From contig CAVSCK010000003.1 in assembly GCA_963726455.1 (NCBI GenBank), positions 448,001-512,000 on the forward strand: a stretch of DNA of 64,000 nucleotides, written 5' to 3'. The translations under genes were made by a program, and so were the position numbers. The stretch is from an uncultured bacterium. GTDB lineage: Bacteria > Zixibacteria > MSB-5A5 > CAIYYT01. Each line of letters begins with the position of its first letter. The stretch's first letter is position 1. The notes below the pieces were generated by a model, which saw nothing but the letters and a program-made list of their open reading frames with translations, was not told the DNA's origin and made no database searches. Shown piece by piece: positions 20,438 to 29,689 of this stretch.

Positions 20438-21602
20438 TCAATATATTTCGTAGCCCAATCGATTTGCATTCAACTGGATGTTGGTGCGCCGCTTGGCTTC
20501 CTGAAGACTTTTCCACCACGATTCATTGGCGTTCTCTTTAGGAAATTTCATCCAGTTAGTCAGCCACATGGCCGCTGTATCTCCAACGGAGAAGTTCGTT
20601 GTGAAGTAGGCGAATCGGTCCGTGGGGGGATCGTCACGTTTCCAGCCCTTGTAGGCGTCGCGCCTGATGACCTCCCAATAGTGGAGGCGAGAACTGCACC
20701 CGAAATGACAGAATACTCTGCACTTGAAGTCGAGCGCACCGAGATCGAAGGGATCGTTCACGGTGCTGACCCAATCGGCGTAGACGACAATGTTGTCAAG
20801 GCCGCCAAGCTTGAGGCCATAGTATTGATTGTTGTCAGATTCGTAATAAGGGGCAACCTGTCCGGTCAAATCGTCGGGAAGAGTGATCTTGCCGACCTGG
20901 CGCCTGATGTCGGGATGACGATATGCCATTTCGGGCAGACCGTCGGCGGCAGCGACGGGACGAAACTGGTAGCCGTGGTGTTCGATGTCCTTCAATTCAA
21001 CCGGCAGCACGGGATAGCCGAGGCGAAACAATCCGTTGTCGTTTGTCGTACCGTCTTCCCACTGTTCGCCCTGAGGGGTAAATTCACCGCTATACTGATC
21101 GAAGCAGGCGCCGCGGCCATAGCGTGAGTGTCCCTCGTAGATGACCTGGATGCCTTCGGTTTCCAACGCGGCTTTGAACTCGGACTTCGTGCGCACGGCC
21201 TTCACTTTGAAATACACCAATTGCGCATCGCAGACGTATTCACCTTCGTCATCCGAAAGTCGCGTGTAGCCATCGACGTGTTGTTCGAGATATTCCTGAA
21301 GTGGTGTTTCTATACTTTTGCGTAGTCCGCGCGCAATACCTTTAAGAACGGCTGGAGTTCTTTGAAATGGCGCCAGGCCCCGGCCAAATTGCTTTTCCAA
21401 CTCCTGCGAAACCTGTTCGACTTGTTCGGGCGTCGGGTCGTTTTCCAGCGTGTCCGCCCATCTCTTGATTTTGACGGCGCGGGCGCGCTTGTCGCTATCG
21501 TGGAATTCGATGCCTTGAGCGACGATGACATCGCGCTCTTCGTAGCCATCGACAAAACATGCCAAGCTCACCGGTGCCGGTCGGTGTGCCGTTTGCGCCC
21601 AT
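20438..21602 (-). CDS. Putative effector with clan CD (caspase-like) His/Cys motifs
   Basis: VIYEGHSRYG and FCHFGCSS motifs. True start is probably ATG 21602 (GGAG RBS, adjacent to the upstream stop) with one extra G; the ORF track starts at 21571. Confidence 0.55.
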
Positions 21603-22496
21603 CTACTTCTCCAACATTACGCCCTTGGCATGGTGAAACTTGATTACACACTTCCCCGGAGGAAGACTCTCTAACTTCGCGTAACCATTCTGATCGAGTT
21701 GCCCCTGTTGAGTCGTGCCGTCAGGCAGCTCTACTGTATACTGCTCGTTGGCGCCAACCTGGCCTTTGCGATCACGAAGGGTGATCTCGATCGAGTCGCA
21801 AAACACCACAAAGCCCGATTCCTGTCTTCGGCCGAATTCCTGATTGTCGATTTTGACTGTGAAGAAGTATTTCGGAGATGCGTACTTGCGGCCATAGCGC
21901 TGCAAATCCGATTGGGTGGGTATTTCCTCGGTATTGTCCGGGTAATCAAATGCCCACTCGAGGGCGACCTTCTTGTTCTCGACTGTAGCTGCAATCTCGG
22001 CGATTTTATCATGGGCGCCGTCGGCGTCAAATTCGTAGACGATGGTTTTCACCGCGGCGGAGCCGGGAACATTCTCGATTTTCGCATTCAGAGTCAGGAC
22101 ATCGCCCCGGTGAACTTCTTGAGCACTCCAATGCATATCGGTCACCAGAATTGGCGGAACGACAGCGACTGAGTTCGATTTAGCGCTTAAGCCATTCTTC
22201 GGCAATTGGACGTCGAAGTAGACCAACTCTCCTGTCTTGACATCGGGAGGAATCGCAAATGCGCCGATAAATTTGTTTCCGCGAATCTTGCCGGTAACTT
22301 TGCCGAGACTCTTCCCCTTGCTGCTCTTGCCCTTGACTTCAACCGGAGCGCCTTGACCGACAAAAAGGGTGCCGATTTCGAAAAACGCCTGCTGGCCCGC
22401 CGGAGCATATGACTGCTGCCATTCGGCATAAACGAGCATTGATGACAGCGTCAGTTTCTCCTTGCTGTCGGTAGCTTTTGTGAATTTGAGAGCCAT
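21603..22496 (-). CDS. Stand-alone Ig-like + transthyretin-like module protein (paralog 1)
   Basis: Collinear with 26868-27899 and with the PAAR C-terminal extension; ends YTVELPDGTTQQGQLDQNGYAKLESLPPG. Confidence 0.75.
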   Translation of the reverse strand: MALKFTKATDSKEKLTLSSMLVYAEWQQSYAPAGQQAFFEIGTLFVGQGAPVEVKGKSSKGKSLGKVTGKIRGNKFIGAFAIPPDVKTGELVYFDVQLPKNGLSAKSNSVAVVPPILVTDMHWSAQEVHRGDVLTLNAKIENVPGSAAVKTIVYEFDADGAHDKIAEIAATVENKKVALEWAFDYPDNTEEIPTQSDLQRYGRKYASPKYFFTVKIDNQEFGRRQESGFVVFCDSIEITLRDRKGQVGANEQYTVELPDGTTQQGQLDQNGYAKLESLPPGKCVIKFHHAKGVMLEK

Positions 22497-22759
22497 GTAT
22501 ACACCCCCAGGATTTGCCTGGTTATGACCACCCCTTACGGGGAGTTGCCAACATTCTTGTGAGTGATACGAAGGCAGAGATTCTTTGAAGTGACCTAAAT
22601 TGGTCCAGGATCATGTCGGCAGCGGATTTGTAGCCCGCGACATCAGATAGGCGGACCGGCCTGAATCCGCAAAAGCGGGTGAATTCGGCGGGAATATTCC
22701 GCCGGCCAGCTTGTAATTCTGGCAGAGTATTCATTTCCATGACTGAACAGGAGGAGATT

Positions 22760-24411
22760 ATGAAGCACCTCATAGCTGTAATGGCGATGGTTGCGCTGAT
22801 AGTCGCGCAGGCCACGGGGGCGCCACAGCCCGTCAAATCCGAGATCAAGAAGGTAACCGTCTTCCCCGACCGGGCACAGGTATCGAGAGTGGCATCGGCC
22901 AATCTCGACCAAGGAGAGCGACAGCTTGTCTTCGAGGATTTGCCGCTGGAGGCGGACGACGCGTCATTTCACGCAGTTGTCCATGGTGACGACGGTATCC
23001 TGTTTCTGGGACTGACACACAAAGTCGTTCAGCACTTGGAATCTCGCCAGACCCGGATAGCTGAGGTTGAGAAGAAGATCGCTGATATCGAAAAGAATCA
23101 GCGCGAACCAGCCAATCACCGGCAAAACATCTTCTGGCAAGAAAGGGAACTACTTCTCGCTTTGGGCAAGGCAGGCGGCGAACAGATGAACGGCCAGATG
23201 AAGGGTGGCGCGATGGATGTTAAGAGCTGGGAATCCGCATACAATTTCTTCAGTCGGGAATTCGCTGCGATAAGTGATTCACTGCGTTTAGTAGGGCAGA
23301 TCAAGGCCGAAGCGGACACACAGCTCACCCTACTCAAGAATGAATTGCAGGAGATTCGCGGTAGCGGCAGCCGCAATACCAAGACCATTCAGGTGGATTT
23401 GCAGCTGGCGAAAGCGGGAGCCGTGGATGTGACGTTGGACTATGTCGTACCGAACGCCGTCTGGGTGCCAATATATGATGCGCGCCTGAACGCCGACGAA
23501 CAGGTTGACCTCAGCTATTCCGCAGATGTTCAGCAGCGAACGGGTGAAGACTGGAATGACGTTAATCTGACACTGTCGACGGCCAGACCGGCGGAAGGGA
23601 TTACACCGGGAGACATTTCTCCCTGGGTGTTGGTCATTTTCCGACCGGCAATGGAGACGATGAATTTCGGCAGCATTCAGGCGTTGCGGACGAAGAGTTG
23701 CTATTGATGGCACTCAAATTAGGGATCCGTTGGGAATGAGAGGCGGCAGGGATTCGGAAATGGCAAAGCCGATGCTGGCGCAGGTAACTCAGAATCTGGC
23801 TGCCGTCTCGACCTGCTATGTCATTCAGCGCAAGATGACGATTCTCTCGGGTAGGGAAGCCGCACGGGTACCGATCGGGCAATGGACACTGAAGGGAGAC
23901 ATGAAATTGGTTTGTCGTCCACGAAACCATGAAGGTGTCTTTCGGTTTGCGACTTTGACAAATCAAGAGGAAACGCCCTTGCTGCCGGGACCGGTGAATA
24001 TCTTCGCCGGTAACGAATTTCTGGGCACAACCATATTTCGGGACTTGATCGCAGTAAGCCAGAGTTTCGAATTGCCGTTCGGACCGGATAATCGAATCAC
24101 CGTAAAGCGGGAGATTTTATCGCGCAAGACTACCGTCGGAGACGATAATGAAACGCGGCAGGAGACGGTTGCGATCACGCTTACGAATCACGGCAAGGAC
24201 AGCCGTATTGTTACGCTGGAGGAATCATTGCCGACTTCAACCGATAGCCGCATAAAGATCAAGATGGGAGATGTTGTGCCGGAGCCTCGAGTCCAAAGAC
24301 GTCAAAGGAAAGGCATCGTGGTCGTTGACGCTGGCGCCGGGTTCGGAGACAACCGTTCAGATTCCGTACAAGATTGAATTTCCGGTCGGGATGCTCGTGT
24401 CAGGATTCTAG
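22760..24411 (+). CDS. DUF4140/DUF4139 (MuiA-like) secreted protein; frameshifts ~23695 and ~24288
   Basis: Signal peptide; IKKVTVFPDRAQVSR, WVPIYDAR, QRTGEDWNDVNLTLSTARP and LLPGPVNIF motifs. C-terminal WSLTLAPG..IPYKIEFP lies in the shifted frame ending TAG 24411. Confidence 0.85.
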
Positions 24412-24442
24412 GTGCGTTGGCTCAGTATCGGTCGCGGATAAT

Positions 24443-24470
24443 GAAGGGAAGGAGCGCACTCCTTCCCTTC
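24443..24470. terminator. Hairpin between convergent genes
   Basis: GAAGGGAAGGAG-CGCA-CTCCTTCCCTTC, a perfect 12-bp stem. Confidence 0.7.
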
Positions 24471-24480
24471 GCATTTCAAC

Positions 24481-26871
24481 TCAGCCGCGAACGCCCCAGG
24501 AGGGCATGTCGGCCCATTCGTCGGATTCGAAGTCGTAGTCACGGTCAACGTTGATCATGATGTTAGCGTGTTCGACAAGCTGTTCCAGATGAAAGGCCAG
24601 TCCATCGTGCGGGACGGTGAATTCTGAGTGGCCAAATGGCTGACAATTGAGCCATGCCTGTCCGGTAGTGATGCCGTCCTCGAGTCTGAGGTTTATCTCA
24701 ATCTCGTAACTATCTCCGGATGTCCGAACACAGAAATTGGCCGAAATTACGGCGCGTCCGCTTACCGAGGGGACGGTAAAATCACGGTAATGCTCGGTAT
24801 TCCGGGACGGAAACTGAAGTGTGAATTTTGTACGAAAAGTGGCGCCATTGGCATTTCCGAACTCGCAGCGAAAGACAAACTTGGCCGCGTCGGGCAGGAA
24901 CTTGGTGGTAATTTTGATCTCGCACACACGCGTGACCGTGTCGAACATGTGGCAAACCGTGTACTTGTGGCAGCAATTGATCAGTGAGTTGAGCTGCATC
25001 TTGAGTCCCGCATCGTCGGCGCGCCAGGCCTCGTAACGTCCGTCAGCCCACGGCGCCTGACTGCCTTCACCCGGAGTCTTGCCCCACATACATCGAGCGG
25101 CGAAGATTTCCAGATCACTATCCGAGCAGGCCATCACAATTACGGCGCCGGCAGCGGAAATCAGACCAATGACGGCGCCGGCTGGACCGCCGACGCTGCC
25201 GCCATATGCCATGCAGTAGAGCACCAAGCTTAACTCGGCGATGCCCGCACCCACGACGATGGCATTTCCGACCATCGCGTCATAGTCATCCATCCGCCAG
25301 CGATCAGCAGCTCCGCTGCTGCTGCCATAAATGTCGAAGATGTTCTTTACGACCATGGCCTTCATGGCCAAGCCGGTCGCGCCTCTCAGCATAGCCAGAT
25401 TGGCGAGACTGTCGAAAACGTTGGTGATGCGACCAGCATTGACGTCGCCGTCGAGAATTCCCTTTAGTTCCCCGAGACCGCTGGCAATTCGATAGATGCT
25501 GGCAACCTTCACCAATTTCTGCTCGATATCGCTCGTGCGTCCGACTGCCCTAATGTAGCGGCTGGCGGTGTCGCGTATTTCCGTCAGTTCGTCCAGGTAA
25601 TCTCTAAAACCGGACGGACGCCCGACATAATATTTCAGGAGAGCATATGTTGCTACCGTGAAAACTGACGCGATCATTTCCGCAGCGTCAACCTGGCTGA
25701 ACGAGGTTTTCCAGGCAGCGGCCAGAGCAGTATCCTGATTGGTCCCTCTTCCCAATGAGGCCTTGTAGAAAGCAGCCCAGGCATTCTCGCCGGTGTTTTC
25801 TTCCGCGAGTTCGGATAAGTAGTCGGACAATAGTGCGTGATCGCCGGCGATGCTGGTCACGGGAAGCATAATCTGCAGCCAAACCTTGCCATCAAGACGC
25901 AAGCCGTCTTCCTCGTAAATCATGAATTGCTTCTGGAGGTCCTTCATGATCGGACGTGTTAACATATTGTACAGGTTGTCGATCAGAAAGGCCTTGCGAG
26001 TCGCATAGTCGGCGTAGCGGTTGAAATCAGAATCAAGACGTCCCATCTCAAAATCATCGGCGACAGAGCTGTCCTGGTCGGCAAGTTGCTTGCAGAGACA
26101 GGCGAGGATTCCCTTGTAGCGAAGCCGCCTTTCTGCGGTGCTGAGGCGCGGCATGGAAACTCGCGCGTCAACAATCGACGCCAATCGCGAATAGACGCCT
26201 GCGGCATCTACCGTGTGCTCGATAACATAGCCGGGATCAAACACAATCAGACGACCTTCTCCGGGTCCCTGGTCGTTTTCGCGATTGAGCAATCGCAAAC
26301 GACTAAATCTTAGGAAATCGGAAAGTGCACCGTAGGAGCCGGAGAAGATCATATCGGCGGTCTTCGCATTGATTTGGCCGGGCAGCGCAATTGCATAGCA
26401 GTCCGGCAAATCGGCGCGCAGCAGACTGAACAAACTGTTGTCGGAACCTACGCTACGCACCGGCTCGAAATCGCCATCGCCGTTGCGGGTGAACTCGGTC
26501 GAATCCCAGTTGGTGATCCCTCTGTATTCGATTTCCCAGAGCGTCTCACGAGGCTGACAATAGATGTAGACCCAGCGGCCGGTCGCTTCCGATGTTAACG
26601 GGCGAAAGAGCGCGGGAATGTCGACAACGTGATCGTCGTGGAAGAGCGCCAGGAGATTATCCTGATTTTCTACATAGAAGAAGGGCCCACCGGAACCACC
26701 AAGTATCCGCGCAATGAAAGCAAGAACACCCTGGCCGAGATTGCTGCCTAATCGCTCATAGACCACATAGTTGAAGCGTGACAAGACCACCTGGACACGA
26801 TTGGACAGACGGTTTTGCTGGTAGCTTCCCGTAGCGACCTGATGGGTTGAATCCTGATTTCCACCGCTCAT
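24481..26871 (-). CDS. Putative VasX-like pore-forming effector
   Basis: MIX-like RPL...GRWVYIY...LWE motif; C-terminal Gly/Ala-rich hydrophobic helices followed by DSDLEIFAARCMWG; no signal peptide. Confidence 0.55.
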   Translation of the reverse strand: MSGGNQDSTHQVATGSYQQNRLSNRVQVVLSRFNYVVYERLGSNLGQGVLAFIARILGGSGGPFFYVENQDNLLALFHDDHVVDIPALFRPLTSEATGRWVYIYCQPRETLWEIEYRGITNWDSTEFTRNGDGDFEPVRSVGSDNSLFSLLRADLPDCYAIALPGQINAKTADMIFSGSYGALSDFLRFSRLRLLNRENDQGPGEGRLIVFDPGYVIEHTVDAAGVYSRLASIVDARVSMPRLSTAERRLRYKGILACLCKQLADQDSSVADDFEMGRLDSDFNRYADYATRKAFLIDNLYNMLTRPIMKDLQKQFMIYEEDGLRLDGKVWLQIMLPVTSIAGDHALLSDYLSELAEENTGENAWAAFYKASLGRGTNQDTALAAAWKTSFSQVDAAEMIASVFTVATYALLKYYVGRPSGFRDYLDELTEIRDTASRYIRAVGRTSDIEQKLVKVASIYRIASGLGELKGILDGDVNAGRITNVFDSLANLAMLRGATGLAMKAMVVKNIFDIYGSSSGAADRWRMDDYDAMVGNAIVVGAGIAELSLVLYCMAYGGSVGGPAGAVIGLISAAGAVIVMACSDSDLEIFAARCMWGKTPGEGSQAPWADGRYEAWRADDAGLKMQLNSLINCCHKYTVCHMFDTVTRVCEIKITTKFLPDAAKFVFRCEFGNANGATFRTKFTLQFPSRNTEHYRDFTVPSVSGRAVISANFCVRTSGDSYEIEINLRLEDGITTGQAWLNCQPFGHSEFTVPHDGLAFHLEQLVEHANIMINVDRDYDFESDEWADMPSWGVRG

Positions 26872-27899
26872 GTGTTCACCGTTGGCGCATCATCAACGTC
26901 TGTCTCCGAGGCGCTTTCAACTTCAGAAGGTTCTTCTATCTGGCTGCTGTCTGCGACATCAAGTTCCGGATCACTCACGGCACTCGTATCGTTGATGCCC
27001 GTATGCTCTTCCTGATTCACTGCCGGCAAGGCGCCCGGGTAGGTTATCGTCACCTCGCCGGGAGGAATATCCTCCAGCCGTACCCTGCCGTTGTCATCGA
27101 GGTCACCTTCGCGGGTGGTGCCATCGGGAAGCGTGACGACATAATGTTGATTTGGCACCGAGTCATGTTGATCGTCGACCAACTGAATCTCGATCCAATC
27201 CTTGAACAGCAGCAGACCCGATTCCTGCCGTCTGCCGAACTCCTGGTTGTCAACCTTTACGGTGAAGAAGTACTCCGGCGGATTGTAGCTTCTGCCATAC
27301 CGTTGCATTTCCTCGTCGGTGGGGATTTCATCGGTATCTTCGTGATATTCGTAGGCCCACTGCAATTCTATTTTCTTGGAAGTCACAGTTGCCGGCAACT
27401 CGACGATCTTGTCATGGGCGCCGTCCTGATCGTACTCGTAAATGATGACCTTGACCTGTGCTCCTTCGGGAAGGTTCTCAACCGACGCCTTCAACGTAAG
27501 AACTTCACCCCGGCGCGCTTCGGAAGCGCTCCAGGACAAGTCAGATACGATGATCGGCGGAACGGCTGCGACATGATTGGAAGTGGTGCTCAATCCGTTC
27601 TTGGGAAGTTTGACATCGAAAGATACCATGTCGCCTATCTTGGTATCCGAGGGAATCGTAAATTCGCCGATGAACTTATTGGCCCTGACCTTTCCGGTAA
27701 CGGTGCCGAGATTCTTCCCCTTCTTGCTTTTTCCCTTGGCCTGGACCGGCGCGCCCTGCCCGACAAAGATCGTTCCGATCTCAAATGATGCCTTCTGGCC
27801 AACACAGGCGTAGGATTGTTGCCACTCCGCATAGACGATGGAAGCCGTGAGCGTGACTTTCTCTTTGGCATCGGTGGATTTGGTGAATCTCAGTGGCAT
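26868..27899 (-). CDS. Stand-alone Ig-like + transthyretin-like module protein (paralog 2) with acidic tail
   Basis: Shares YAEWQQSYA, FVGQGAPV, DGAHDKI and DNQEFGRRQESG with 21603-22496; its stop overlaps the ATG of the next gene. Confidence 0.75.
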   Translation of the reverse strand: MPLRFTKSTDAKEKVTLTASIVYAEWQQSYACVGQKASFEIGTIFVGQGAPVQAKGKSKKGKNLGTVTGKVRANKFIGEFTIPSDTKIGDMVSFDVKLPKNGLSTTSNHVAAVPPIIVSDLSWSASEARRGEVLTLKASVENLPEGAQVKVIIYEYDQDGAHDKIVELPATVTSKKIELQWAYEYHEDTDEIPTDEEMQRYGRSYNPPEYFFTVKVDNQEFGRRQESGLLLFKDWIEIQLVDDQHDSVPNQHYVVTLPDGTTREGDLDDNGRVRLEDIPPGEVTITYPGALPAVNQEEHTGINDTSAVSDPELDVADSSQIEEPSEVESASETDVDDAPTVNT

Positions 27900-27919
27900 G
27901 ACAATACCCTGCGCTCGTG

Positions 27920-28345
27920 CTAAGTTTCCAGAGTGAAGTTTTCGATCATGCGATCTACTTCGATACCGATCGTCTTGAAAGTTTGTTTCGTGAAGTTGGC
28001 GGTGAACGTGTAGCCGCGATCACCAACGATCACGTAGACATGTTTCTTGAACACCGCTTTGCCGTCGCCGAGGACCATCTTATAGACCCATTCGTAGGCC
28101 TTGACACCGGTTGCGAAAGTGCGCTCTTCTTCTTTCAGGGTTTCGATCCCTGCCATCGAGTCTTTGATCGGCTGCATTCTGTCGAGAGCAAATTCCTTGA
28201 GATCATTGTCTGCCAGATTACGGTCAACGACGAGGTTCAGAATGTGCCGGTACCCATTCACCTCAGGGCCCATGAAGATGTACGCGGTTTGGTCCTCCCA
28301 GCCATCGGGCAACCGCAAGAGAAATCGGGAATTTGTTCCTGCCAT
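27920..28345 (-). CDS. DUF1795/DcrB-like (EagR-type) chaperone
   Basis: LPDGWEDQT, NLVVDR, GDRGYTFTA and DRMIENF; 141 aa; lies in a PAAR locus. Confidence 0.75.
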   Translation of the reverse strand: MAGTNSRFLLRLPDGWEDQTAYIFMGPEVNGYRHILNLVVDRNLADNDLKEFALDRMQPIKDSMAGIETLKEEERTFATGVKAYEWVYKMVLGDGKAVFKKHVYVIVGDRGYTFTANFTKQTFKTIGIEVDRMIENFTLET

Positions 28346-28378
28346 TCGCAGCTCACTTTCTATCTACGGCTGATTGTT

Positions 28379-29620
28379 CTAATGGGCCGTCGTTATCTCG
28401 TAGAGTCCGGCAGTGGTACCGACTACAAGCGTACCTTTCTTGAGTTCGACCACCGGCGTCGTAATACTGCCCTCAAAACCCATCACGGCGAACCGTTCCT
28501 TGCCGTCGGCAGTGAGTGCAACGATGCGGCTTCCGCCGCTAACCACCAGGCAATCGTTGAACAAGGTTGCATAGATGCCGGCGCTCCGGGTGACACCAAG
28601 AGGATATTGCCAAAGACTTTGTCCCGCTACATCGTAGGCCGCCACGCCTTCCTCACCAACGACGTAGATCTTGCCATCAGTTGCAGCCAACGGCGGGCAG
28701 ATTACTTTACCTACCGCTTTGGGAATGACCGCCTTGAAACGGCTGTGGCCATCGGAGGTGAAAGCGAAAAGCTGGTCGGTATCCCCAACGGCGGCGCTAA
28801 GAAATATTTCGGAGTTCAAGCCCGCTGAGGCAAAGCTCGGAACGAAGTCTCCGACGATCACGCGTTGGACCTTGAGATCGTAGTTTAGCACTACTATCCC
28901 CTTCCTGATTGGCTGGACGATCTGCTCGGTGAGGAACACCGGCACGATGAAGAGATCGTCGAAATAGGCAGCCATCTTTTCCTCGCGAATGTCGCTCAAA
29001 TTGAGACTGCCGGCGGGCGGCAGAACATCCTTGATCTTGAACATGCGCAGGAAGGCGGACTGATCACGACGGTCGGGCATCATTTGATATGTATGACAGC
29101 CGGCGATGATAAATCGGTCGCCAATGACGTTGGCCTCATAGAAATGCAACTGTTGAGCGCCGCTGATTATGATCTCACTCAGTTGCTTTCCGTCGGAATC
29201 GTATTCGCACAGGTCATCCCCCAGCGAGTACAGTTTTCCGTTGCTGACGCTGAGGTAGCTGTCGCGACCCCACCAGCGTTGCTCCCGAATCAGGCGCAAG
29301 CTGTCCCGCTCATAGATGCGAAACACGCCCTGGGATTCGACGATGAGTTTCGGTCCGTTAAGATAGAGCGCTCTGACCTCGGCGTCTCCAACTCTTTTCA
29401 CTAAATAGTCAGCTTCTGAGGGATAGTCAAACTTCTGGTAGCAGTTGCCGTTGCGCAACGGGTTAACAAAGCGACAGGTGAAACCGACCGGCGGAGCCGC
29501 AACGGGCTGAGGTTCAGACGCGGAGGTGGACGGCTGGAGCTCTATTATTGGGAACGACTCAGGGATCACATGCCTTTCGTCACCCACGAACAACCAGTTA
29601 TCATAAATGCGCACGTCCAT
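28379..29620 (-). CDS. PQQ-like beta-propeller protein
   Basis: PPLAATDGKIYV, AYDVAGQSLWQY and ALTADGKERF repeats; start at ATG 29620 with AGGAG RBS. Confidence 0.7.
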   Translation of the reverse strand: MDVRIYDNWLFVGDERHVIPESFPIIELQPSTSASEPQPVAAPPVGFTCRFVNPLRNGNCYQKFDYPSEADYLVKRVGDAEVRALYLNGPKLIVESQGVFRIYERDSLRLIREQRWWGRDSYLSVSNGKLYSLGDDLCEYDSDGKQLSEIIISGAQQLHFYEANVIGDRFIIAGCHTYQMMPDRRDQSAFLRMFKIKDVLPPAGSLNLSDIREEKMAAYFDDLFIVPVFLTEQIVQPIRKGIVVLNYDLKVQRVIVGDFVPSFASAGLNSEIFLSAAVGDTDQLFAFTSDGHSRFKAVIPKAVGKVICPPLAATDGKIYVVGEEGVAAYDVAGQSLWQYPLGVTRSAGIYATLFNDCLVVSGGSRIVALTADGKERFAVMGFEGSITTPVVELKKGTLVVGTTAGLYEITTAH

Positions 29621-29689
29621 CTTAGCTCCTTGACATGAGACCAAAGCACTCAAAAAAAAAGAACCCCTAACAGAACCAGTCGCGAATAT

